A DNA stretch of 57,665 nucleotides. It comes from Candidatus Parcubacteria bacterium (GTDB taxonomy: Bacteria; Patescibacteriota; Minisyncoccia; Phycocordibacterales; Zambryskibacteraceae). Location of the stretch: the NCBI GenBank assembly GCA_019661865.1, contig JAIFWJ010000004.1, forward strand, positions 1 through 57,665, written 5' to 3'. This document shows positions 17,505 to 26,591 of this stretch, one piece after another. The position numbers and the translations under genes are program-made. The notes under the pieces were generated by a model, which was not told where the DNA came from, did no database searches, and saw nothing but the letters and a program-made list of their open reading frames with translations. Position 1 is the stretch's first letter. Each line of letters opens with the position of its first letter.

Positions 17505-17519
17505 TTTCTGAAGTTGCGA

Positions 17520-17591
17520 TTATGCTCGCTTCTTGCGTGAAGACTTTCGCTTTTTTGAAGTCTTCTTTGCTGCCTTTCTCCTTTTTGCCAT
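17520..17591 (-). CDS. Candidate 23-codon polybasic micro-ORF (MAKRRKAAKKTSKKRKSSRKKRA)
   Basis: Own translation. ATG at 17589-17591 (plus strand cat) and TAA at 17520-17522. The terminator at 17474-17504 follows 16 nt downstream. The ORF is below the ORF-track length cutoff. Confidence 0.3.
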   Translation of the reverse strand: MAKRRKAAKKTSKKRKSSRKKRA

Positions 17592-17783
17592 GTGTTTGAC
17601 GATTCGAGTGAACGAAGCGTGATTGACTAATAACTGTGTCGCAGAGAAATATTTCTGAAAAATATTTTTCTACGTGCGACTCATGTTAATTATCTAACTT
17701 ATAAAGTGTTGCGACAAGTATACACACGCAAAATATGTGGATAACTCAAAAAAATATTTTAGAGAATTTTGATAAAAATAAAT

Positions 17784-19949
17784 TTAAATTTTACCTTGTT
17801 TGATTAACTGGATATACGAATCAATTTGATTTTTAGTATCTTTATCAGAAACTTTCTGTTCAACAGTCTGAAGAAGAGTTACCGCTTTAGACGTTTCTCC
17901 ATTTTTATAATATGCAATAGCGAGGTCGACGTAATTCTGGAGCACCGAAGGCGCATACTGAACTCTATTTTCTAATAAGATAACCAGATCTCCATATTTT
18001 TTATTTACATATAGCGCACTAGAGATACGACTATCCTCGACGAGCACATTTGGTGAGATCTCACCGATTAACTTCTGAGATACTTGGGTGTCACCGGTGT
18101 ATATGGCAGCAATTAAATATAGAATTTTAGCCTCGTTATAGTCTTTATCCAGCTCATAAGCCTGCTTGAAATACTCTTGGGCACCCCGGAAATCATTCTG
18201 GTTTAACTTCACTCCACCAAGTTCGAAGTAAACTTGTTGCTTGCCAGGAGTTAGCTTCCGAGCAGTCTCAAGATAAGCATTCGCCAACTCAGGAGAACCA
18301 GTTTTAGAGAAGAATGAGCCTGCGATGAGTTGATATCTAGCATCTTCAGATAATTCTTTGGCCAGAGTCTCGACTGCCTGCTTAGCGAAAGTGAAATAGT
18401 CATTCTTCTCTTGGATAGTAAGAGGACTAGAACTAAGTACACTGTCAGCACTTGTGGCTATCCACTCTACGACCTCTGGTCTACCTAGTCGGGAAGAATT
18501 GTATGCGTTCTCGAAATCTGTAACAACTGCTCCATAGTTTCCATCAGAAGCAGAGTGGAGTGCTTTTATTAGGCTTGTGTTAGCAATTATTGGTTTGATG
18601 TTTATAAAATAGATTACGAGTAGTGTCACAACCACAGCCGGTACGCCAATGATATATATCTTGGTAGTATCAACTGTGGTTACCTTAGGAGATGTCTCCT
18701 GTGGCGTTATCTGAGAATGTACGTACGCTAGCAAAGAAGTAAACAATATGTAACTTATAAGGTGATCGAAGACAAAGAAATTATGGAAAAAGTAGGCAGC
18801 AATGAGCCCAGTTAAAACTGATTTTTCAACATGAGTAATCAGAGGATCTCTCTTCCATATATATATTAGTAATATTACATATAAAGAAAGATAACCAAGT
18901 AAACCTAGGATCCCTCCGGCTATACCCCAATCTAAGAATATATTATGAGCTCTGTCGAACCACGGTTCGAATCTAAACATTTCTGGGTCATAATATTTAT
19001 TGAAGACATAATTAAAGTTCTCTTGTCCCCACCCGAGAAGCGGCCTATCTTTAATACCCTTTAGGGCTATAGGCCAGACGAAGGCCCTGCCCTCACCTTT
19101 AATACTTGAGATAGAGATAGTGGCAAATCTGTCTAATATAGAATTATTCTTTACAAAGCTTGTATTCCTAACTAGGAAAAATCCTCCGACGATAAATACG
19201 ATACCCGCTAACACTCCTATGCTGGCTTTTCTTAACCAAGGGATTTCTCGATTCTTCAGGTTTAGTAGTGCAATTAAGAACAGACCTCCAAGAGTTCCAA
19301 GTATTGCTCCTCTTGTGGCTGATTCATAAATCATATAGGCCTGGAGCACCATAAGAGACCCATAAACCCACCTCATACCCCCTTTCGACTTCAAAAGGTA
19401 ATACAGAGCAATGAAGAAATGGAAGAGCATGTATACGGCCAGGTAAGCTGCATTTCCCAACGATCCATCCACTCTTGCTCCTCCTTGGTGAATCTCGGCC
19501 TTACCACTTAACTGAAAGAAACAATAAAAAACCATGAGAAGTGATGCAGCAAGAGATGTGTTCCACCACCACTTCCACTCTCTTTCTTTAAAGAAAGTGG
19601 AAACAACTAAGAAGAAAGCTCCTAGATGTAAGAGTGATACAAACCCTTCCATACGTTCGAAGTTAGACCAGAAACTTTTAACTGGTGCCACTCCAAAGGC
19701 ATCCGCCAGTCCAATAATAAAAATAAAAATAAATAAAGAATAAAGCAGGAGAGATTTCCTCGGTCTGTATTCAGGTGAAATAATGATAAAAACAATCCAA
19801 GCAGCAAATATTACTTCTACTATAATCCTCCAAGTAAAAGCCTTGGTAGTGATAAATGGAAAGAATAAGGAACTGTTAACAAAGAAAGGTACGAAAGGAA
19901 CAATGAAGAGACCGGTAAAAATTAGGCCCTTAAGAATTTTCTTGAGCAT
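17784..19949 (-). CDS. O-antigen ligase/polymerase-like (Wzy_C-type) polytopic membrane protein with a C-terminal TPR domain
   Basis: The N-terminal ~450 aa has about 12 TM helices, with DGSLGNAAYLAVYML resembling the O-antigen-ligase loop. C-terminal TPR-like repeats include AYLETARKL..QVYFELGGVKLNQNDFRGAQEYFKQAYELDKDYNEA. Confidence 0.8.
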   Translation of the reverse strand: MLKKILKGLIFTGLFIVPFVPFFVNSSLFFPFITTKAFTWRIIVEVIFAAWIVFIIISPEYRPRKSLLLYSLFIFIFIIGLADAFGVAPVKSFWSNFERMEGFVSLLHLGAFFLVVSTFFKEREWKWWWNTSLAASLLMVFYCFFQLSGKAEIHQGGARVDGSLGNAAYLAVYMLFHFFIALYYLLKSKGGMRWVYGSLMVLQAYMIYESATRGAILGTLGGLFLIALLNLKNREIPWLRKASIGVLAGIVFIVGGFFLVRNTSFVKNNSILDRFATISISSIKGEGRAFVWPIALKGIKDRPLLGWGQENFNYVFNKYYDPEMFRFEPWFDRAHNIFLDWGIAGGILGLLGYLSLYVILLIYIWKRDPLITHVEKSVLTGLIAAYFFHNFFVFDHLISYILFTSLLAYVHSQITPQETSPKVTTVDTTKIYIIGVPAVVVTLLVIYFINIKPIIANTSLIKALHSASDGNYGAVVTDFENAYNSSRLGRPEVVEWIATSADSVLSSSPLTIQEKNDYFTFAKQAVETLAKELSEDARYQLIAGSFFSKTGSPELANAYLETARKLTPGKQQVYFELGGVKLNQNDFRGAQEYFKQAYELDKDYNEAKILYLIAAIYTGDTQVSQKLIGEISPNVLVEDSRISSALYVNKKYGDLVILLENRVQYAPSVLQNYVDLAIAYYKNGETSKAVTLLQTVEQKVSDKDTKNQIDSYIQLIKQGKI

Positions 19950-20001
19950 CTAATTATTTTAGCATGTAGCTCAAGCGACAGGAATTGTATAATATAGATG
20001 C

Positions 20002-21267
20002 GTGAAGAGTCTCAGAAATAAGGTTTACCAGCTACTACGCCGAAGTGAGGCGTTTTTTAAGACCGATATGGTCTACCTGGCCAAGGGTGGCTTCTGGCTT
20101 ATCTTCGTGCAACTTATTGGAGCAGTATCTGCATTCGCTCTATCTGTCGCATTCGCTCACCTTTTCCCTAAGGATTCTTATGGTACATATAAGTATGTCA
20201 TAGCACTATCTGGGATTATAGGCACTCTCACCCTTATCGGACTTGGTCCAGCAATTACCCAGTCTGTGGCTAGAGGATTTGACGGTGCATTGTTTAGAGG
20301 ATTCAAAACTGTCTTGAAATGGGGGGTGATCATACTGACCCTCTCTCTTTCTTTGTCTATTTACTATCTTGTCCACCATAACTACGTACTTGCGTTCTCT
20401 CTATTTATAATTGGCATCACCTCACCACTCATAGATGCATCATCTTTCTTCAACTCTTATCTTAATGGCAAGAAAGACTTCAAAACATTATCAATCTTGA
20501 GTTCAATAGGTAGTATCTTCCCTGCTCTGTGCTTGATCCTTACTCTATTCATTACCGAGAATCTTTTTGTAATTATATTTGTTTATTTTATTTCTTATAC
20601 AACCATCCTTTATACTTCTTATCGAATAACAGTCTCGAAATATCATCCTCATGGAGAAGAAGATCCAGAAATGATCCCCTACGCGAAACATCTTACTTTT
20701 ATCTCTATACTGAATACCCTGGCAGATCAGGCAGATAAAATTATCGTTTACCACTACGTTGGAGCAGTAGAGCTGGCGGTCTACTCATTCGCCATAGCAG
20801 TGCCTCTACAGATTAAAGGAATGTTTAAAAGTTTCTTTCCACTTGCTTTACCAAAGTTTGCCATCCGTTCTCTCGAGGAGATAAAAAGCGATGTGCCTAA
20901 TAAAACTATAAAATTTCTATTCGTTCTTGTGCCTGTGGTAATCCTATACATAGTTGTGGCCCCATTTATATATAAGACCTTCTTTCCACAATATATGGAT
21001 GCGGTAAGAATGTCTCAGATATTCTCTCTTTCCCTCCTTGCTTATATAAGTATTATTCCAACAACTATTCTGCAGGCTAAAAAGACTTTAAACAGCCTCT
21101 ACGGTAGCAACATGAGTATCGCAGTTGCTAAACTGGCTCTGTTATTTATTGGTGTAAAGATGTTTGGTCTATGGGGAGTAATATATGCTCGCATTGCTTA
21201 TGAGTTTGTAGCGCTACTTATTGCAATTTTCTTTTTGAAAAGAGCTCGAGAAACTACTTTGATATAA
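20002..21267 (+). CDS. Polysaccharide/oligosaccharide flippase (MOP/Wzx-like)
   Basis: 421 aa with about 12 TM helices. Its position and topology are typical of Wzx. GTG start with a TATAAT box at 19988-19993. Confidence 0.75.
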   Translation: MKSLRNKVYQLLRRSEAFFKTDMVYLAKGGFWLIFVQLIGAVSAFALSVAFAHLFPKDSYGTYKYVIALSGIIGTLTLIGLGPAITQSVARGFDGALFRGFKTVLKWGVIILTLSLSLSIYYLVHHNYVLAFSLFIIGITSPLIDASSFFNSYLNGKKDFKTLSILSSIGSIFPALCLILTLFITENLFVIIFVYFISYTTILYTSYRITVSKYHPHGEEDPEMIPYAKHLTFISILNTLADQADKIIVYHYVGAVELAVYSFAIAVPLQIKGMFKSFFPLALPKFAIRSLEEIKSDVPNKTIKFLFVLVPVVILYIVVAPFIYKTFFPQYMDAVRMSQIFSLSLLAYISIIPTTILQAKKTLNSLYGSNMSIAVAKLALLFIGVKMFGLWGVIYARIAYEFVALLIAIFFLKRARETTLI

Positions 21268-21979
21268 AGACCACGAACCCTGCTGCAAACCAAGAAGGAA
21301 TGAGTTCGTTGAGAAATGGTACTCCCTTATAATACTTAATCTTATATTTTTTAAATCCCAAGCTTTGAAGCCACCAAAGTAGATCTCGCTTGGTCCAAAA
21401 TCGTACATGTTCACTCGGAGAGAGCTTCCATTGCATTGGTACTCTTCCGAATAAGAGTCTCAGTCTATGGGGGAAAAATCCAGTATTAGGAAAGGAGAAA
21501 AAGACTCCTCTCTCTGACTTCTCATAAGCTTTTAATAACAACTCTTCAGAATGAGGAATATGTTCAAGTATCTCGAAAAGGAGAATATAATCGGCGACTG
21601 GAATCTTAGTTAATTGTTTCGTGTCACCAATATCTAGTTTAATTGTCTCAACTCCGAACTTCTCAGCCTGCTCTAGGGCAAACTCAGATATATCTGTACC
21701 TACGAGCTTAACCCCGGGGAACTGTTTGGATATATAATGCAAGATAGATCCATCTCCACAAGCGATGTCACATATTGAGCCAACAGACCGCTCCTTGAGT
21801 TCGTTTATGACGAAGCTGGCTCTCTCAATCTGCCAATCTGAAATAGCACCAATGTTAGATCCACGCTTGGACTTCCAATACTCATCATAATCAACGTTGG
21901 AAAGTGTAAGTGGTGGGTAAACAAACATAATTTTCCACCATTCTTTAAGATTATAAAGAATTTTACGAACTTGTTGCAT
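21254..21979 (-). CDS. Class I SAM-dependent methyltransferase
   Basis: Motif I ICDIACGDGSIL, plus the LFEILEHIP post-II region. Confidence 0.8.
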   Translation of the reverse strand: MQQVRKILYNLKEWWKIMFVYPPLTLSNVDYDEYWKSKRGSNIGAISDWQIERASFVINELKERSVGSICDIACGDGSILHYISKQFPGVKLVGTDISEFALEQAEKFGVETIKLDIGDTKQLTKIPVADYILLFEILEHIPHSEELLLKAYEKSERGVFFSFPNTGFFPHRLRLLFGRVPMQWKLSPSEHVRFWTKRDLLWWLQSLGFKKYKIKYYKGVPFLNELIPSWFAAGFVVFISK

Positions 21980-23432
21980 AGCTTTTAAGTATATCTGACA
22001 GAGTCTTCTCTAGCTTTTTTTCTTCCTTACCGATCAATTTGTCACGTCTTGCCCTTAAGTCATCATTCGAAAGGTTAGTTAAAGCCTTGATAACCTTCTC
22101 CAGATCATCAGTCTTTTTTATAAAGTTGGCTAGACCGTTTTCTACCATACCTTCACCATAGTCAATTGAAGTCTCAATTATAGCAACCGGTCGTTCTTCG
22201 ACAACCATATCATACAGAAAGGTTGAATATGTGCCCAAAGCCACACTGATGTCATAGTGTATATCTCGCATCGAGCGCACCACTATTATCTTATTTAAAA
22301 ATGGAGCCAGACCATATTCATCCAACTGACTCTGCTTATCTTGGTCTGCTCTGATTTTAAATACGACCCTAAAGTGAGGGATCTTTAATAACCTTTCTAT
22401 ATATTCTCTTACCTCAAGCTTCGGAGCATCCTTTTCGTAAGGGATAAGGATAGTTATATGACCATCCTTCTTCCTTGTCGAGACTGGTAAACCCCACCTT
22501 TCTCCGCCAATAAGCAATTCTTCAGGCTTAAAGTAGGTTCCAAGCTTCAACAGCACATCACTCCAATATTTACTCCATACAACTAGTTTCTCTGGTCTCA
22601 TTACTTCTTGTTCCATTTCGGTTTCTCTAAGCCAGCCAGGATGATACTTGGTGAAGTGTCCATGCTGGATAGCGTAGGAGCTAATTCTGGACTCCTTGGC
22701 TGCGGCCATAAGTTCATTGTAGTGACGCACATCATCTATAGAGAAGACAGCTTTTATACCTGTAATACTGAAAAAAAGCTTGAAAAAGTTTAAACGTATC
22801 CGAGTGATGATGGTACTCGATATATACTTCTCAAGCTCAAACTTTATAAACGCAGCTTCTTCTTCGGTAAATTCGGTTGTATCTATAGAATCCACAAGTT
22901 TCTTGATACTCCTTTTCTTTAATTCAACTATTGGCGCAAACAAAAGGTCTAAAGTTTCAAGGAATATTACCGGCCTCTTGCGTACAATAAAATGCTTGAC
23001 CGTCTCTCTATCGCTTAAGGTATGAATAACCTCGATAAATGGGATCTTATAAGAGAAAACCACATCATAAAGGGTTTCTAGTCGGAAGTCGTTTGAATAT
23101 GTACCGTCTACCTTGTCACCAGAAAAGATTAAAATCTTCTTTCTAAAGATAAGGATATAAATTAAAGAAACGAATGAAATAGAAATAACCGCAAGGGACA
23201 AGACAAAGGTTTTTAAAAATAATACGAAACCCTTAGCCGGATACAGGGTTCTTATGTTCTCCTCTTTGGTCCAGATTTTTGAGTCTCCGAAGATGTTAGC
23301 TTGATATGTCTGGAGAAGATTCCAGTTTTTGTATATAAACTTTTCTCTCAAAGCTGGTGTCCTCTCAACCAGAATGTTGAAACGCTTTAGAAGACTGAGG
23401 GCATAAGAGTAATTAATTGAAGTTTCCATCAA
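21963..23432 (-). CDS. Membrane-associated GT-B-like polymer-forming transferase (TagF/KpsS-like?), function uncertain
   Basis: One N-terminal TM helix. The C-terminal ILIPYEKD..GTYSTFLYDMVVEERPVAIIETSIDYGEG loosely resembles the C-terminal motifs of CDP-glycerol glycerophosphotransferase and capsule-synthesis families. Confidence 0.55.
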   Translation of the reverse strand: MMETSINYSYALSLLKRFNILVERTPALREKFIYKNWNLLQTYQANIFGDSKIWTKEENIRTLYPAKGFVLFLKTFVLSLAVISISFVSLIYILIFRKKILIFSGDKVDGTYSNDFRLETLYDVVFSYKIPFIEVIHTLSDRETVKHFIVRKRPVIFLETLDLLFAPIVELKKRSIKKLVDSIDTTEFTEEEAAFIKFELEKYISSTIITRIRLNFFKLFFSITGIKAVFSIDDVRHYNELMAAAKESRISSYAIQHGHFTKYHPGWLRETEMEQEVMRPEKLVVWSKYWSDVLLKLGTYFKPEELLIGGERWGLPVSTRKKDGHITILIPYEKDAPKLEVREYIERLLKIPHFRVVFKIRADQDKQSQLDEYGLAPFLNKIIVVRSMRDIHYDISVALGTYSTFLYDMVVEERPVAIIETSIDYGEGMVENGLANFIKKTDDLEKVIKALTNLSNDDLRARRDKLIGKEEKKLEKTLSDILKSYATSS

Positions 23433-24391
23433 ACGATATTTTCTTCAACAATATCATGGATATGAATTACGCCTTGGGGTTTTAAACTTTTATCTACTAC
23501 AAAGATTGTTGTTATCCTATGATCCTCCATGGTCCTCAGAGCTTCTTTTAAACTCGCACCAGAATTTATAACTTTTGGATTTCGAGTCATGATCTCATGG
23601 GCAGTGCTCCTTATTACATCACCTTTTTTGAGCAGCCACCTTCGTATATCACCATCCGTAATGGCACCAACAATTTTTTTATTCTTGTCTACGACGGCTG
23701 TTACACCCAAGGATTTATCTGACATTTCTTTCAATACCTTCCTTGCATTATCAGTTTCCTTAACTTTAGGTAGAGCATTACCTTTTTTCATTAGAGATTC
23801 CACTTTCTTAAGCTCAAGTCCAAGTCCTCCTCCTGGATGGAACCTGGCGAAATGATCCTTTTTAAAATTATCTCGAGTAAGCATAGAAGCCAACATGTCG
23901 CCAAGAACTAGAGTGGCAGTAGTTGAAGCCATGGGAGCAAGATCCGCCGGACTCCCCTCCTTTCTTACTAAGACTTTAACCACCACGTTTGAAAGTCTTC
24001 CCAGAGTGCTAGATTGAGACCGTGTAAAGGAGATAACTGGTACATTGAATTCTCTTTTAGCATAAGTCGACAGTCTAACTATTTCTTTAGACTCTCCAGA
24101 AAAGGAAAGAGCTAAGAGCACATCTCCTTCTGAGAGAGCTCCAATGTCTCCATGTATAGCATCAACAGGATGTAGATAAAGTGACCTGTGACCTAAGGAA
24201 GTAAGTGTAGAAGCCAACTTCTCAGCTATAGATCCTGATTTACCAATACCTGTAACAATGATGTCTCCTGACCTGGCTTGGATCAAGGTTTCTGCCTTGT
24301 CTAAATCGGTCAAGGAAGATCTTAGAGATTTAAGGCCAATTAGAGCCATATTTAGAGCATTTAGGGCCCTTCTATGCGAGTTTTCTTTCAC
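23429..24391 (-). CDS. kpsF: KpsF/GutQ-family arabinose-5-phosphate isomerase (SIS + 2 CBS domains)
   Basis: IIVTGIGKSGSIAEKLASTLTSLGHRSLYLHPVDAIHGDIG..LSFSGES is the SIS domain. C-terminal tandem CBS modules are present. GTG start. Confidence 0.85.
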   Translation of the reverse strand: MKENSHRRALNALNMALIGLKSLRSSLTDLDKAETLIQARSGDIIVTGIGKSGSIAEKLASTLTSLGHRSLYLHPVDAIHGDIGALSEGDVLLALSFSGESKEIVRLSTYAKREFNVPVISFTRSQSSTLGRLSNVVVKVLVRKEGSPADLAPMASTTATLVLGDMLASMLTRDNFKKDHFARFHPGGGLGLELKKVESLMKKGNALPKVKETDNARKVLKEMSDKSLGVTAVVDKNKKIVGAITDGDIRRWLLKKGDVIRSTAHEIMTRNPKVINSGASLKEALRTMEDHRITTIFVVDKSLKPQGVIHIHDIVEENIV

Positions 24392-24430
24392 TCCACCAAT
24401 GATATACTCTAGGAATTAACTTAGCAAAAC

Positions 24431-25285
24431 ATGCAACAGAAAGTATTTATTCATACAAACAACAAGCAGAGAATCGGAGCCAAACTAGCCAAATTTGCTA
24501 TAGAAAGAAGATTGCCCAAGGGTTCCCCTATAAGAGTAGAGATTCTCAATGTCGATGAGAGACCAGAGTTTAAGCGTTTTGCAGGCAAGAAGTATAGGCG
24601 AGCAGGTAAACAATTAACTTATGATCCAAATGATCTTCAGTCATTTACCCTGTCTCGCTTCATGCCACCGGAATTAATGAACTACCAGGGCAGATCCATT
24701 GTTATTGACCCAGACATCTTTGCCATACGAGACCTGACTCCACTCATGGAATTAGACCTCGGGGACGCTCCCGTGGCCGCATGTGCTAAGAAAGATGCCT
24801 GGGATACCTCGGTCATGGTTATGGACAATGAGAAACTTATTCATTGGAAGATGACCGACTTCTTAAGTGCACTGGAGAAGGAGCAGGTGGATTATTCAGA
24901 GATTATGCAACTGAAAATCGAGCCTGTGGTGAAAGAATTACCTAGAGAGTGGAACAGTTTAGACAAACTTACTCCAGAGACCAAAATGCTTCATACTACC
25001 AACCGCATTACTCAGCCGTGGTCAACTGGACTTCCTATAGATTTCACCATAAATCCTCTACCCAAGTTTTTCGGCATCATTCCTCGTGAACCAATTCATA
25101 AACTTCTCGGTAAATACCCCACTCATTACAAATCTCATCCAGATAAAAACATAGAGATATTCTTCTTCGTCTTAGTGAAGGATGCACTGGCTGCTGGTGC
25201 CATCACTCCTTCGGAAATTGAAGAGGAGATTAAGAATAAGAGAATGCGTTCCGATATTTTCTTAAAGATTGGAGTGAGACCATAG
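24431..25285 (+). CDS. Hypothetical protein, possibly a nucleotide-diphospho-sugar transferase (GT8-like)
   Basis: 284 aa. SIVIDPDIFAIRDLTPL resembles a DxD segment. No firm family was recognised. Confidence 0.55.
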   Translation: MQQKVFIHTNNKQRIGAKLAKFAIERRLPKGSPIRVEILNVDERPEFKRFAGKKYRRAGKQLTYDPNDLQSFTLSRFMPPELMNYQGRSIVIDPDIFAIRDLTPLMELDLGDAPVAACAKKDAWDTSVMVMDNEKLIHWKMTDFLSALEKEQVDYSEIMQLKIEPVVKELPREWNSLDKLTPETKMLHTTNRITQPWSTGLPIDFTINPLPKFFGIIPREPIHKLLGKYPTHYKSHPDKNIEIFFFVLVKDALAAGAITPSEIEEEIKNKRMRSDIFLKIGVRP

Positions 25286-26591
25286 CCAGAATTATAATTA
25301 GACCTTCAACTGGCAAGCGGTAACGCGGTATTGATACTGGACCAGTGAGGACTGCGAAGTAAGCAATCAGAGAGAGTAGTAAGAAGATGTTATAACGATT
25401 TTTCTTTATGAAGATCGTGCCCGTCGCCAGTAAGATGATAACAACCGTAAGTAGTCTATCTAAGGTTATGAGAGCTTGATCCTTCAGAGCTTTCAGAGCT
25501 TCTAGAATGTGCCCGGCCCTCAACTCATGTAAAAGGTCTGGAGAAGATGAGTTCAATCCTAAGAACTTCTGCACTGCTCCGATTTGTATTTGGGTACCTA
25601 AATATCTTATATTCGAGGAGAAGAAAAACTTCAAGGTCTCTACAACATGGAAGACGGCGTAAGAGACTAGGTGAGACTTAAGTACCGGACTATAAATAGG
25701 TATGAGATCTCGAACACCCTCTAGAGTTCTGAGCCTCTCCACCGGGATACTATCTATGGCTTTATTGTAGTTAAGACTCTCAGGCGAACCTGTACCAAAC
25801 TTCTCAGCAAGAAACTCTCGAATATTGTAACGAGCAAGGTTATAAGTAGTTATCGAAGAAATTCCCCAAACTCCTGTTTCCTTATAATTACGAACATAGT
25901 ATGGAAAAATAACTAAAATAAATCCTAAGACCATAAGTAGTAAACGAGAGGCAATAAATTTCTTTCCTAACTTCCAATATTTAAATGTAAGAAAAATAGC
26001 AAAGATAAGTGGTAAGTAGAGACTAATTGGTCTTATAAGGGTGGCAATACCCAGAGCGATACCCCCAAGGAAGATCTCCCTCCTCCTGTCATGAGCAAAG
26101 AAAATTAGGTTAATCGAGAATAGGAAGAAAAATATAAAAGGGATTTCACTCAGGAGCACTACTGAATGAAATATGGCTGATGGAGACAAGCCGAATACAA
26201 GTGCTGCAGCTATTGCCCAGTTTTCAGTAAGGAAGTTTCGTCCAATATTCCAGATCAAGAAAAAGATTCCTCCGGAAAGTATTATTTGTAGAAAGATAGT
26301 AGCCACAGAAGAGCCGAGGGTTTTCTCCATGAAGGCGAGTATTAACGGATATCCAATAGTTCTAAAGGTCTCTGGAGTAGTGCCATCAAGAGTAAACCGG
26401 CCTTCTGTAGCCAAGTTATGCCCTAGCTTCACAAACTCAGGTGAATCCTGCCCCTGAGTTGGAAAGGCGTATGTTTTATCTCCATCTAAGTCCCCTGTCC
26501 TAGAGTCCAGTATTTTAAGTCCGAAAAACGCTACAGACTGCACAAACATTACGATTACAGCTAGAATTATTATTTTTTTATTTAACTTCAT
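25230..26591 (-). CDS. GT-C fold glycosyltransferase (ArnT/PMT, GT39/GT83-like)
   Basis: 453 aa, polytopic. The first external loop DGDKTYAFPTQGQDSPEFVKLGHNLATEGRF..FRTIGYPLILAF resembles ArnT/PMT-family loop 1. Confidence 0.7.
   Translation of the reverse strand: MKLNKKIIILAVIVMFVQSVAFFGLKILDSRTGDLDGDKTYAFPTQGQDSPEFVKLGHNLATEGRFTLDGTTPETFRTIGYPLILAFMEKTLGSSVATIFLQIILSGGIFFLIWNIGRNFLTENWAIAAALVFGLSPSAIFHSVVLLSEIPFIFFFLFSINLIFFAHDRRREIFLGGIALGIATLIRPISLYLPLIFAIFLTFKYWKLGKKFIASRLLLMVLGFILVIFPYYVRNYKETGVWGISSITTYNLARYNIREFLAEKFGTGSPESLNYNKAIDSIPVERLRTLEGVRDLIPIYSPVLKSHLVSYAVFHVVETLKFFFSSNIRYLGTQIQIGAVQKFLGLNSSSPDLLHELRAGHILEALKALKDQALITLDRLLTVVIILLATGTIFIKKNRYNIFLLLSLIAYFAVLTGPVSIPRYRLPVEGLIIILAMVSLQSLRKYRNAFSYS

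Noticed and set aside
17641-17656. The palindrome AGAAATATTTCT upstream of the polybasic micro-ORF as an operator
   Set aside because: It is a 12-nt AT-rich palindrome in an AT-rich spacer with no second copy in the window. This is insufficient evidence for a binding site.
10341-17744. DnaA-box-like motifs (TGTGGATAA at 17736-17744; shared 10-mer TATGTGGATA at 10341-10350 and 17734-17743) as an oriC or a shared operator
   Set aside because: A single perfect 9-mer is expected by chance about 0.4 times in a window of this size. A shared 10-mer between two AT-rich spacers is not statistically compelling. There is no dnaA or dnaN gene, no box cluster and no adjacent AT-rich unwinding element.
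25230-25285. A 56-nt convergent overlap of 24431..25285 and 25230..26591 (and similar overlaps at 21254-21267 and 33106-33124) as an antisense regulatory feature
   Set aside because: Short 3'-3' overlaps are common in compact genomes and need no special explanation. No conserved structure is visible in the overlapped segments.
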